Source: an uncultured Bacilli bacterium
GTDB lineage: Bacteria > Bacillota_I > Bacilli_A > RF39 > UBA660
DNA length: 64,000 nt
Reading direction: 5' to 3'
NCBI GenBank assembly: GCA_934101275.1
Contig: CAKOQM010000001.1
Location: 5,371 to 69,370 of the forward strand
In this document: in pieces, positions 30,921-40,695 of the stretch
How positions within the stretch are numbered: position 1 is the first letter of the stretch
How the letters are laid out: each line of letters begins with the position of its first letter
The notes under the pieces: generated by a model
What the model saw: only the letters and a program-made list of their open reading frames with translations
The model's database searches: none
What the model was told of the DNA's origin: nothing
Made by a program: the position numbers and the translations under genes

Positions 30921-32310
30921 TCGGGATACTGATTTTGCAACTTGGTATAACGATGTTTTAAGAGAAGCCGATTTGGTAAATTATTCAAGTGTTAAAGGAA
31001 GTATGATTATTAGACCTTATGGTTATGCCATTTGGGAAAATATGCAAAGTATACTAGATAAAGAATTCAAAAAACTAGGCCATCAAAACGTTCAAATGCC
31101 CATGTTTATTCCTGAATCTTTATTAAATGTAGAAAAAGAACATGTTGAAGGGTTTGCCCCAGAAGTAGCGTGGGTTACCTATGGAGGAGAAAATAAGTTA
31201 GAAGAAAGAATGTGTGTGAGACCAACAAGTGAAGTTTTATTTTGTGATCATTTTAAAAACATTGTCAAATCTTATCGTGACTTACCCCTTTTATATAATC
31301 AGTGGTGCACTATTGTTCGTTGGGAGAAGACAACACGACCTTTCCTAAGAAGCCGAGAAATCCTTTGGCAAGAGGGACATACTCTTCATAGAACAAAAGA
31401 AGAAGCCCATGAAGAAACACTTAGAATGTTTAAAGTTTATGAAGATTTTCAAAGAAATGTTTTAGCCCTTCCTGTTATCACGGGACGAAAAACAGAAAAA
31501 GAAAAATTTGCTGGTGCTGAAGAAACCTATACTATCGAAGCCATGATGTATGATGGAGTAGCTCTTCAAAATGGTACAAGTCATTATTTTGGTCAACATT
31601 TTGCTAAAGCTTTTGGTATTCAATTTTTAGATACGGATAATACATTAAAAACCCCCTATCAAACAAGCTGGGGTGTTACAACACGTATGATTGGAGCTTT
31701 AATTATGACTCATGGGGATAATCATGGTTTGGTGCTTCCACCTAATATTGCTCCTACTAAAGTTGTCTTTATTCCTATTGGTAAAGAAAAAGACGTTTTG
31801 GATACTGTTCACTCATTAAAAGAGGCATTAGATCCTATGATTACCTCGTCTATAGATACTTCTGAAAAATCACCTGGTTTTAAATTTGCAGATGCCGAGG
31901 TAAAAGGTATCCCTATAAGAGTAGAAGTAGGAAAAAGAGACTTAGAAAAAAATGAAGTTACTTTAGTAAGACGAGATACGTTGAAAAAAGAAAGTGTACC
32001 TCTTACAGAAGTTCCTCAGCGTATTGAAAGTCTTTTAAAAGAGATTCAAAAAGATATGTATGATCGGGCTTTAAAAAGACGTGATAGCATGATTTATGAA
32101 GTCAAAACAAAAGAAGAATTCCAAGACATTGCTAAAAACAAACCGGGCTTTATTTTAATGCTATGGTGTGGTAAAACAGCTTGCGAAGATACTATTAAAG
32201 AAGAAACAGGACTTAAAAGCCGGTGCATCAAAGAAGAAATAAATGACGGTGTCTGTGCTTATTGCGGCAGTCCTGCTAAATATAAAATTTACTTTGGTAA
32301 ACAATATTAA
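30886..32310 (+). CDS. proS: Proline--tRNA ligase, archaeal/eukaryotic-like (no editing insertion; C-terminal Zn-binding domain ending in Tyr)
   Basis: 474 aa; class II aaRS motifs; C-terminal 'CAYCGSPAKYKIYFGKQY'. Confidence 0.85.
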   Translation: MQMTKLVTKITDRDTDFATWYNDVLREADLVNYSSVKGSMIIRPYGYAIWENMQSILDKEFKKLGHQNVQMPMFIPESLLNVEKEHVEGFAPEVAWVTYGGENKLEERMCVRPTSEVLFCDHFKNIVKSYRDLPLLYNQWCTIVRWEKTTRPFLRSREILWQEGHTLHRTKEEAHEETLRMFKVYEDFQRNVLALPVITGRKTEKEKFAGAEETYTIEAMMYDGVALQNGTSHYFGQHFAKAFGIQFLDTDNTLKTPYQTSWGVTTRMIGALIMTHGDNHGLVLPPNIAPTKVVFIPIGKEKDVLDTVHSLKEALDPMITSSIDTSEKSPGFKFADAEVKGIPIRVEVGKRDLEKNEVTLVRRDTLKKESVPLTEVPQRIESLLKEIQKDMYDRALKRRDSMIYEVKTKEEFQDIAKNKPGFILMLWCGKTACEDTIKEETGLKSRCIKEEINDGVCAYCGSPAKYKIYFGKQY

Positions 32311-32314
32311 AAAA

Positions 32315-32350
32315 AAGAATAAGACGATAGAAAAAATCTTATTCTTTTTT
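32315..32350. terminator. Bidirectional rho-independent terminator between proS and the spoIVB-like gene
   Basis: aagaataag-N14-cttattctt followed by TTTT; A-run on the other side. Confidence 0.65.
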
Positions 32351-33347
32351 AGTTATTTTTTAAAAGGGCATCTCCTGTTTCTAACATTGTCGTAATAAAA
32401 ATAGCATAACCAGTTGCGGGATTATCCGTAATAACATGGGTGACAGCCCCGATTATTTTACCATTTTGAACAATTGGAGATCCACTCATTCCTTGAACGA
32501 TACCACCAGCTTCATCTAAAAGATCTTTATCGGTGACAATAAAAGATATGTTTTTGACATCATTGTATTCTTGAATTGATGTAATATCGATTTGATACTT
32601 TCTTTTATCCTTACCACTTAAAACTGTATAAATTTCAGCCGTTCCTATTTTAATTTCTTCTTTTTTAGCAACAGGAATGGTTTGTGATATTAAATTATCT
32701 TTATAAATTCCATATATACCATGACGTGTATTGTTATTTAAGGATCCATAAATTTTATTAAAGTGAAATTCACCATTTTTTTCACCTGCATTCCCCCTTG
32801 TACTTTTACGGATACTTGTGACAGGACTTTCAAAAATAAGTCCGGTTTTAACTTCCACTAATTTTAGACTATTACTTTCTAAAATTTCATGTCCTAAAGC
32901 CCCATAAATTTTTGTTTCAGGATCAATATAGGTAAGGGTGCCAAGACCCGTAATACTATCTTTAACATAAAGTCCTGTTTTATAAACGCCATCGACTTCT
33001 TTTAAGTTCAAAGAAAGCGTTAAAATTTGTTCTTCACGCTTCACTGTAACGTTTATTTTATTATCTTGAACATTTTTTAAAATCGCATTACTTAAAGAAT
33101 CTACAGAATCAACCGGTGTTTCTCCAACTTTTAAAATATAATCCCCAATTTTTATTTCTGGGGAGCCTTTTAAATACGTACCATCAACTTTATAAAAGCC
33201 AACGACTAAAATACCAGGTGTTTTAATTTGAATACCTATATTTTCTCCGCCTAAAATAACTTCATTAGAATAAGCGAGAACAAGAGTAGGGCACAAAAAG
33301 AATAGAAATAGGAGGATATTAAAACAAAATTTTTTCATACTTACCAC
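32349..33347 (-). CDS. spoIVB: SpoIVB-like S55 peptidase (PDZ plus serine peptidase)
   Basis: 332 aa; signal/TM N-terminus; 'GTLTYIDPETKIYGALGH', catalytic 'GMSGSPI'. Confidence 0.75.
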   Translation of the reverse strand: MVSMKKFCFNILLFLFFLCPTLVLAYSNEVILGGENIGIQIKTPGILVVGFYKVDGTYLKGSPEIKIGDYILKVGETPVDSVDSLSNAILKNVQDNKINVTVKREEQILTLSLNLKEVDGVYKTGLYVKDSITGLGTLTYIDPETKIYGALGHEILESNSLKLVEVKTGLIFESPVTSIRKSTRGNAGEKNGEFHFNKIYGSLNNNTRHGIYGIYKDNLISQTIPVAKKEEIKIGTAEIYTVLSGKDKRKYQIDITSIQEYNDVKNISFIVTDKDLLDEAGGIVQGMSGSPIVQNGKIIGAVTHVITDNPATGYAIFITTMLETGDALLKNN

Positions 33348-33405
33348 CTCACTTTTATTATGCTTTAATAAACCATAAAAAAAATGGTAATAACTGGGTT
33401 ACCAT

Positions 33406-33501
33406 TTATGAAATTGCATAAGCAATAATGCTGCCAGCAATACCTAAAACCATAATAATTAATGTAATCCATGTTACAATTTTTCTTGTTTTTTTACTCA
33501 T
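33406..33501 (-). CDS. Small membrane peptide (31 aa), putative
   Basis: MSKKTRKIVTWITLIIMVLGIAGSIIAYAIS; RBS GAAGGTGA; not in the ORF track. Confidence 0.3.
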   Translation of the reverse strand: MSKKTRKIVTWITLIIMVLGIAGSIIAYAIS

Positions 33502-33603
33502 TTCGTTCACCTTCTAACTTAAAAGTTCATTATAACTTTAACATAATCCTTATAAAAAGTACATAAAAAGTTACTTTTGGCATAGGATTTAACAGGTGAA
33601 AAT

Positions 33604-34185
33604 ATGACACTTTTAAAAAAGTTTTTTAATCAAAAAAAATATCTTTTTTTGTTTATGAGCACACTTCTTTTCATTGGTTTTACTATTGGTCTTTATTTAA
33701 GCATTATGCATATCTCCTCTTTAAAAGACAGTCTTTATTATTTTATAAGTAATAAAAATAATTTGCATTTAAACTATCTTTATATTCATTTTTTCTTTCT
33801 TGTTATTAGCTTTCTATCTTCATTTTTTGTGGTCGGTTTAGCCATACTTTGCACTCTTATTTTTTACGAAGGTATGACTTTAGGTTTTTTACTCGGATTA
33901 TTTAGCCTAACGTTGTCTTTTAAAGGTGGCCTTTATGCTCTTATTTTTTTTATTTTTACCCAGTTGTTTTATCTTATTATTCTTTTTCTTTTTTTTATTA
34001 AATGCTTTAATATAGCCCGTAAAATGATTGGCAAAGTCCTATATAAAACCGATCCCACCAATTATCTTGTTTTAATGACGAAAAGTTGTGGTCTTTTAAT
34101 TTTAGCTGTGGTTCTTTATGACTTTTTACTTCTTCTTTTCAGTAAACCTTTATTAAACGTTTTTGCTTTTCTCTTAGAAGTATGA
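33604..34185 (+). CDS. SpoIIM-like polytopic membrane protein (putative)
   Basis: 193 aa, about 5 TM; 'FYEGMTLGFLLGLFSLTLSFKGGLYALIFFI' resembles the SpoIIM/DUF95 core. Confidence 0.45.
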   Translation: MTLLKKFFNQKKYLFLFMSTLLFIGFTIGLYLSIMHISSLKDSLYYFISNKNNLHLNYLYIHFFFLVISFLSSFFVVGLAILCTLIFYEGMTLGFLLGLFSLTLSFKGGLYALIFFIFTQLFYLIILFLFFIKCFNIARKMIGKVLYKTDPTNYLVLMTKSCGLLILAVVLYDFLLLLFSKPLLNVFAFLLEV

Positions 34186-34218
34186 TAAAATAGGCCTTAG
34201 AAAAAGAGGTCGAATACT

Positions 34219-35334
34219 ATGGCAAAAAAAGTAATTGTTGGAATGAGTGGGGGAGTTGACTCTGCCGTTAGTGCTTATTTATTAAAAAAACAAGGCTATG
34301 AAGTAGAAGGCCTTTTTATGCGTAATTGGGATGCAGGGCTTAATAACGATATTTTAGGCAATCCTACTTTAAATAATAATATTTGTCCTCAAGAACAAGA
34401 TTATAATGATGCCTTGAAAACTTGTGAAATTCTAGGTATTCCTCTTCATCGTGTAGACTTTATCAAAGAATATTGGGACAACGTTTTTACTTATTTTTTA
34501 AATGAATTAAAAAAGGGAAGAACTCCCAATCCAGATTTGCTTTGCAATAAATATATTAAATTCGATGTCTTTAAAAAAGAAGCTAAAAAACTAGGTGGTG
34601 ACTTTATGGCTACAGGTCATTATGCTAGATTAAAAGATGGACTTCTTTTAAAAGGTGTCGATGAAAATAAAGATCAAACATATTTTCTTGCTCAGTTAAG
34701 TAAAGAACAATTAGAAGATGTTTTATTCCCTGTTGGAGATCTCCATAAAGATGAGGTAAGAAAAATAGCAAGTGAATGTGGTTTAAATGTTGCCTCAAAA
34801 AAAGACTCCACGGGAATTTGTTTTATTGGCGAAAGAAATTATCAAGAATTTATCCGCAATTATTTAAAACCTAATCCTGGGAATATTGTGAATGTCGAAA
34901 CAAAACAAGTGATAGGTAGACACACTGGACTTATGAACTATACCATTGGTCAAAGAAGAAATGTCGGCCTTTCCGGATTTCAAGAACGTCATTATGTCTG
35001 TGGTAAAAATGTTTTTAAAAATGAACTCTATGTAGCTTTTGGCGATGACTCTAGTTATTTAATCAGTGATAGCTGTCTTTTAGAAGATGTCAATTTAACT
35101 ATCAATAATCCGCCAAAGAAGTGTCAAGCTAAATTTCGCTACCGTGGAGAAGATTATCCTATTGAACTTGAAATTTTGCCTAATAAAATGTCCAAAGTTA
35201 CTTATAAAGAAGGCGTTAAAGCCGTAACTCCTGGACAATTTTGTGTTTTCTATGATGGGGATATTTGTTTTGGCAGTGGCATTATTAAAGAAATTTACAA
35301 AAATGATGAAAGAATTTGGTATTTAAATAATTAA
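34219..35334 (+). CDS. mnmA: tRNA-specific 2-thiouridylase MnmA
   Basis: 371 aa; PP-loop 'VIVGMSGGVDSAV'; 'CNKYIKFDVF'. Confidence 0.9.
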   Translation: MAKKVIVGMSGGVDSAVSAYLLKKQGYEVEGLFMRNWDAGLNNDILGNPTLNNNICPQEQDYNDALKTCEILGIPLHRVDFIKEYWDNVFTYFLNELKKGRTPNPDLLCNKYIKFDVFKKEAKKLGGDFMATGHYARLKDGLLLKGVDENKDQTYFLAQLSKEQLEDVLFPVGDLHKDEVRKIASECGLNVASKKDSTGICFIGERNYQEFIRNYLKPNPGNIVNVETKQVIGRHTGLMNYTIGQRRNVGLSGFQERHYVCGKNVFKNELYVAFGDDSSYLISDSCLLEDVNLTINNPPKKCQAKFRYRGEDYPIELEILPNKMSKVTYKEGVKAVTPGQFCVFYDGDICFGSGIIKEIYKNDERIWYLNN

Positions 35335-35379
35335 GTATGTTACCAAGATAAATCTTTCAGCTTCTTTATTTACTTTTAC

Positions 35380-35409
35380 TTGACACAAAAGTGTCTAGTG
35401 CCTTATAAT
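35380..35409 (+). promoter_or_regulatory. Sigma-A-like promoter for the 35449 gene
   Basis: TTGACA at 35380-35385, 18 nt spacer, TATAAT at 35404-35409. Confidence 0.5.
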
Positions 35410-35448
35410 TAAAATGTAAATTATAAATAAAGAGAGTAGGCAAAGATA

Positions 35449-36243
35449 ATGAACAGATTAAACGAATTATTACAAGAATTAGGAATTTCAAAAGTGCGTT
35501 TAGCAAAATATTTAGGTGTTTCTAGACAAATGGTATATAATTACCTTGAACTTGACGATATTAATAAGTGGCCTAAAGAAAAGAAAATTTTGCTTTATCG
35601 TTTATTAGATATTAATGATGATAAAAATCAGTCTATTGATTCTATAAAAGTAACAACAGATTATCTTATGAGTGTAGAAAATAGATTAAATACAGGTGTT
35701 AAAGGCACTAACAATATTTCTAACTATTTTGACTTAAAGAATTTAAATAAGGAATCTCAAATTCTTATTACCAATATTTTAAATCTATTAAGAGAAAGGT
35801 TAGGGGATGATAAGAAAAAGCAAGAAAATTATTACGCTTTTTTATACCTTTATCATATGCTTCAATCTATGGACAATGTACCTGAAATAAAATATATATT
35901 TGGTTATATGTCTAAAGCAACAGGATTTACAAATCCTGAGGAATTCAAATTTAATGAAGATAGACAATTTATCTTTGAAGGAATATTGTACTCTGCCCTA
36001 ACGCTTTATAACAATGGGGGAGCCTCACGTAGTAAACTTGCCCTATCACATAAACGTTTTGTTCAAGAGATAGAAAAACAAAATGAAGAAAAATTAAGTC
36101 GTACGCAACAATTATTTACTTTAAGAACGCAAGCTTTAAAAGAACTTGGTTATAGTGAAATGAACGGTTCGAATGCTTCTGAAATTATTGAAAAAATTGC
36201 TGAAATTGAATCACGTGGTTCAATTATGAATGCTGATGAATAA
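35449..36243 (+). CDS. HTH-domain protein (N-terminal XRE-like HTH, uncharacterised C-terminus)
   Basis: 264 aa; 'LGISKVRLAKYLGVSRQMVYNYLE'. Confidence 0.6.
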   Translation: MNRLNELLQELGISKVRLAKYLGVSRQMVYNYLELDDINKWPKEKKILLYRLLDINDDKNQSIDSIKVTTDYLMSVENRLNTGVKGTNNISNYFDLKNLNKESQILITNILNLLRERLGDDKKKQENYYAFLYLYHMLQSMDNVPEIKYIFGYMSKATGFTNPEEFKFNEDRQFIFEGILYSALTLYNNGGASRSKLALSHKRFVQEIEKQNEEKLSRTQQLFTLRTQALKELGYSEMNGSNASEIIEKIAEIESRGSIMNADE

Positions 36244-36501
36244 TATCTATATTTTTATAGATATTTTTTTATCTTAAAACTTGCAACGAGATGATGGATT
36301 ATTCATCTTTTAAAATTTCGATGCAAATTAGAAGATATACAAATTTATAAATATTTAAATAAATATTAAAAATTATTATTAGAAAATCAAATATTTTGAC
36401 AAAGACTAGAATGCTAAAACCAAACAAATGAAATGATATATTATAGTAATATTTAAGGTAAAATAATTTTAATTTAAATATAAATTTGCGATAAAATTAA
36501 T

Positions 36502-36529
36502 GTATTTTTAAAAGTTGCATAATATATAT
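36502..36529 (+). repeat. dif-like XerCD-type site (attL of the prophage)
   Basis: AAGTTGCATAA-TATATA-TTATGTTAACC; spacer and right arm match the Firmicute dif consensus recalled from B. subtilis (ACTTCCTAGAA-TATATA-TTATGTAAACT) at 6/6 and 9/11. Confidence 0.55.
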
Positions 36530-36547
36530 TATGTTAACCGTGATATT

Positions 36548-36832
36548 TTAAATTAAATGCAGTTCGCTATACTGCTCTTGTTCTCTTTTTTTATAGATTT
36601 CTAAAAGTTCGATACGTTGTTTTATTAATTCTTTATAAAACATAAGTTCTTTCATAGAATAACACGACAACATTGCATAGCGTTTGTAATATTCATGATG
36701 ACCATAAACCTTACAAAAATTATAAGCACATACTAACAAATCATATCGATTTTTTAAATAAGTTAAGTTATTACAAGAACTAACTTCTTTTACAAACTTC
36801 TTTTCATTTTCAGATAAACCTTTATAAATCAT
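36548..36832 (-). CDS. Phage hypothetical protein (possibly the C-terminal part of a frameshifted rep)
   Basis: 94 aa; overlaps the rep 3' end by 11 nt in another frame. Confidence 0.4.
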   Translation of the reverse strand: MIYKGLSENEKKFVKEVSSCNNLTYLKNRYDLLVCAYNFCKVYGHHEYYKRYAMLSCYSMKELMFYKELIKQRIELLEIYKKREQEQYSELHLI

Positions 36833-37451
36833 AGTAAGACATTACCCTTTCATACGGCTCATTATGTTTTTGCAAAGCCCTTATAAATGTCACAGTCGAA
36901 CGTCTATAAATATCATACAAACCATTTAAAGCCACATACCTAACAAAATCTTGTTCATCTAAGTAACCAACAAAACTATCAATGTAATCCAACAATTCTA
37001 AAACCTTTTCACTCTCATCTTTACCGGAATTTTTAATATAATTTTTTAACTTTTGTTTGAGACTACCCTGTACATTTCTAACGTCATATTGATACTTATC
37101 AGGTTCATTATAATGAATCAAATAAAGTAAACTACGTTCTAAACTTCGACATTTTTGTATATAATTAATTTCAATACCTAAATCTTTAGCTAAAGCCGAA
37201 TTCCATACTGGATTATTAAAACGGATAACAACATGTGTATGAACTTTTTTTAGATTTCCATCTTCATCTAAATCACTATCATGATTAATCGAAGCATAAT
37301 CGTATGAACGTTTTACAATCTCAATTGCTTCTTTATGGCTTTCGTCCTCATTTGGATAAAGTAACAAGCAAAACTTTCTATCTCTAAACTTTTCAATAGC
37401 CAAACTATCACCCTCCCCTATTTTGACACAAATTTTTTTAAATTGACACAA
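36822..37451 (-). CDS. Rolling-circle replication initiator (HUH endonuclease)
   Basis: 209 aa; HUH-like 'KKVHTHVVIRFNNP'; Tyr-rich 'YLIHYNEPDKYQYDV'; sits next to the hairpin-rich IG region. Confidence 0.55.
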   Translation of the reverse strand: MCQFKKICVKIGEGDSLAIEKFRDRKFCLLLYPNEDESHKEAIEIVKRSYDYASINHDSDLDEDGNLKKVHTHVVIRFNNPVWNSALAKDLGIEINYIQKCRSLERSLLYLIHYNEPDKYQYDVRNVQGSLKQKLKNYIKNSGKDESEKVLELLDYIDSFVGYLDEQDFVRYVALNGLYDIYRRSTVTFIRALQKHNEPYERVMSYYDL

Positions 37452-37922
37452 TGGTATGTGTCAGAAAAAAGCCTTTATTTATCGTACTTAATAGACCTTT
37501 GACACATGACACACAGATTGCTATTAGTCGTAGTATAGCAATCTATAATTTATAATCTTTTATATTATAGTATTTATATTATTAAATTACTTATATATTA
37601 AATAATTTAATTTTTTAGCTGGTTAGGTGCGAAAGCACGATTATAACATCAAAAAGAGATAATTATAAAAACAGTTCATTAAAATTTTTTTGATATCGCT
37701 TTTTATAACAAGATAGATACTCTTTTTAATGTTAAAAAATTATACTTGCTTCCACTTCGTCAAGGCTATTGCAGTTATCAAGCAGAATATCAACGAAGCA
37801 GCAAAACCTTGACAAAGATACGAATTTCTTTCAAATAAGTTTTTATAAAATGGATTAAGTTCTATTAAATTAATAACCAGCTAAAAAAATCATAAAGATT
37901 GCTATTTTATTGTATATAAAAA
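37452..37922. repeat. Phage intergenic region with nested inverted repeats (candidate ssDNA origins or packaging signal)
   Basis: 14-bp inverted repeat ttttttagctggtt (37610-37624) and aaccagctaaaaaa (37873-37887); internal palindromes cttcgtcaagg...ccttgacaaag, ttgcag...ctgcaa-like; no coding potential. Confidence 0.5.
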
Positions 37923-38204
37923 CTAGCTTGCATTAATTGGCAATTTTCGAATAATCCACATTGAAAAATGATAAATATGATCAAAATTCGCGGCTAAAAT
38001 TACTAAAGGAACTAGCGTTTTAATCGTCGAAATACGAACAAAAAAACCTAATAAATCCAAATGATCAAAAATAAGATTAACAAAACCGTTAAGACTTGTT
38101 AAAATTGATACGTCTAATTGAGGCAAACTTGGCAACACGGCAAAAATCAAATCAACTAATAATTTAGCTAAATCTAATATAAAAGTTGTAACCATCACTA
38201 TCAA
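37923..38204 (-). CDS. Phage small hydrophobic protein (minor coat or pVI-like candidate)
   Basis: 93 aa, largely hydrophobic; overlaps the upstream gene (ATGA). Confidence 0.45.
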   Translation of the reverse strand: MIVMVTTFILDLAKLLVDLIFAVLPSLPQLDVSILTSLNGFVNLIFDHLDLLGFFVRISTIKTLVPLVILAANFDHIYHFSMWIIRKLPINAS

Positions 38205-39985
38205 ACCTTCTTTCGAATCCTGTATTCACGATGAGTTTTATGAGCCGTAACGGATTGATGAACTTGATTATTATCATCAATTGTATAATTTTGGCTAGCT
38301 GATAAAATATCCGTTTCGTACGTATCATTATTACCAAAAACACGATTATAAATATTAGAACAATAATTAAAAAAACTTAACATCAGCAAAGCATCTACAC
38401 ACATCAAATAAATATCATGCATATTTTTAATATTACTATCATTTAACAAACTAGCTAAATCAAAAGAGCCGGCTGAAATGATTGTTCCGTCAAAATTAGC
38501 AACTTTAAAATTAGGCCACGAAATCACATAAGAACCAGTATCCGTTAACTCGGTAAATCTTTCTAAAAATGTAATTATCCAAGTAAACGGATAACTTAAA
38601 AAGCCAAATTGATTAGTTAAACTCTCATTCACGCCTTTAAACCAGTACGAAAGGTCCTCTTTTGAAGGAACAAACAAAGACCTCAACATATTGCGAAAAT
38701 TAGACCAAAAATCCTCTGTACTTTTTTTAAAAGAATCAAAAAAGTTAGAAATTGTATCTGCAACAACCTCATTCGAAGACTTTGAAGTAAAATTATAAGT
38801 TGCCTTAGCAACATTACCATTTGAATCAACAATTCTAAAATATAAAGTATGTTTACCAAAATTAACATTACTAAACGTATAATGATTCGTTGGAATATCA
38901 ATCCAAGAACCATCGTCAAGTTTCAAATAGTATTTTTCAATTTTACCAGACATGGCATAACTATCACGTAAATCGACATAAATATTACTATCATTATAAG
39001 AAACAATATAACGTAAAACCGGTAACAAAGATGTTTTAACATCAACATTAAAAGTTGAAAGAGGTGTATTTGAACCGTCTTTATAAACGGCTTTTGCTGT
39101 ACCAGAATAAGAACCATTACTAAAACCGGTTAGCGTTACAGATTTCTCAGTCGTATAAACATAATCATAGCTACCCAATGTATAATAATATCCAACAACG
39201 TTATCCTCATCTGTAGCATTAAAATTTAATGTGATATCCGAACCACTAACCGAACTTGTTACATTTAAAAGACCTAAGTTATCACTTTCATAATTAATAT
39301 CTGATGAAAGATATAAATAATATATATTTTCAATATAATCCGTTGCAGAATCCGTTTGAGCATATGCTTTATTATCTAAATCAACAAACAAACTAAAGAA
39401 TTCAATATATTTTTTAGGAACACGACAACTAATCACAGCACTCGGAAAATCAGAATTGGAGCTTGTTGTTAAACAATCATATGGCTTATATGTTTCGTTA
39501 TTTGCATCACCAAACCTCGATTGCACACTAAAATGTAATCTATTAAAAATTTGATAGCTTTCAAAAATACCAGCTTGTATTTCATTATTTTTTGCTGAAG
39601 CATACATTCTAAAATATAAAGTATAAAAATTATTATCATTTGAAAGTATTCCTTGATTAAAAAAATTTTCATAAGAAAAACGATAAGAATTTGTTGTTAA
39701 ATAATAATCTGTTAACTCATTTGCTTTTACATAAACAGGAATACGATAACCTGTAAAATTTGGATACAAATTACTTATTTTTTTATCATTTAAATAATCA
39801 AGTTTCAAATAATCAAGGTTAGAATAATTAAAGTTTTGATAAGTATCAGAATTATTAAACCTATAATAAAGATATTTAGGTCTTATCTGAACAGGAGTTA
39901 AAGCATTAACATGAGTAATATCAAAAAATAAAGTTACGAAACTCAATGTTGCAAATATAAAAATCGTTTCTAATATTCTTTTCAT
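38201..39985 (-). CDS. Phage large secreted protein (candidate adsorption/pIII-like protein)
   Basis: 594 aa; N-terminal signal peptide 'IFIFATLSFVTLFFDITHVNA'; Asn/Ser/Tyr-rich; hydrophobic C-terminal region. Confidence 0.5.
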   Translation of the reverse strand: MKRILETIFIFATLSFVTLFFDITHVNALTPVQIRPKYLYYRFNNSDTYQNFNYSNLDYLKLDYLNDKKISNLYPNFTGYRIPVYVKANELTDYYLTTNSYRFSYENFFNQGILSNDNNFYTLYFRMYASAKNNEIQAGIFESYQIFNRLHFSVQSRFGDANNETYKPYDCLTTSSNSDFPSAVISCRVPKKYIEFFSLFVDLDNKAYAQTDSATDYIENIYYLYLSSDINYESDNLGLLNVTSSVSGSDITLNFNATDEDNVVGYYYTLGSYDYVYTTEKSVTLTGFSNGSYSGTAKAVYKDGSNTPLSTFNVDVKTSLLPVLRYIVSYNDSNIYVDLRDSYAMSGKIEKYYLKLDDGSWIDIPTNHYTFSNVNFGKHTLYFRIVDSNGNVAKATYNFTSKSSNEVVADTISNFFDSFKKSTEDFWSNFRNMLRSLFVPSKEDLSYWFKGVNESLTNQFGFLSYPFTWIITFLERFTELTDTGSYVISWPNFKVANFDGTIISAGSFDLASLLNDSNIKNMHDIYLMCVDALLMLSFFNYCSNIYNRVFGNNDTYETDILSASQNYTIDDNNQVHQSVTAHKTHREYRIRKKV

Positions 39986-39988
39986 ACT

Positions 39989-40555
39989 CTACCTCCTTCT
40001 TTTAAACTCAATAGCTAAAAATATTAATAAAATAGCTATAGTAATCATTAAAAAATATGGTTTTAATTCATCTAATGTTAAACCATTTGTTGAAGCGTTT
40101 GTATCGTTTGATGAATTATCATTAACTTTTTTATCGTGATAATTTGTTACGTATGAACCATTAAAACTCAAATTAGACCAACCAGACGTGCTTTTATAAG
40201 TAGAATAAATACCTAATGAATCTTGCTCAAAAATATAACACTGCGCGGTCAAATGACCGTTAAATGAAGAACGATTAACACTAAAAGAAGAACCAGAACC
40301 AGTTTTATGATTGGTAGATGTAATAGCATCATCATTTAAAAAACATAAACGTAATTGTTTATCAGATTCAAAAACAGTACGACCTATAACATAATAATCT
40401 AAAAATGAAGAATACGAAAACCAAAGTTCCCTTTTAGCAAACGTCTCAACATAATCGGGTACATCGTAAAACTTAAAAGTAGATGCACTAACAGAAATTG
40501 TTTGAAGTGATAAAGATATAATCATAATGGATAAAAAATAAATAATCTTACGCAT
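39989..40555 (-). CDS. Phage secreted protein with C-terminal membrane anchor
   Basis: Signal peptide 'MRKIIYFLSIMIISLSLQTISVSA'; C-terminal TM plus 'KRRR'; start set at the ATG at 40555 (ORF-track TTG 40597). Confidence 0.45.
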   Translation of the reverse strand: MRKIIYFLSIMIISLSLQTISVSASTFKFYDVPDYVETFAKRELWFSYSSFLDYYVIGRTVFESDKQLRLCFLNDDAITSTNHKTGSGSSFSVNRSSFNGHLTAQCYIFEQDSLGIYSTYKSTSGWSNLSFNGSYVTNYHDKKVNDNSSNDTNASTNGLTLDELKPYFLMITIAILLIFLAIEFKRRR

Positions 40556-40695
40556 ATTATCACAATACTTTCTTTTTATTACCACCGATAAAGTCAAGCA
40601 TTAAATTAATTAATCTGTTAGCAATTTCAAAAACTAAATAAATTGGAAAAGCTACAACAAGTAAAGAAGCAATGCAATTAACAATAACTTGGTAA

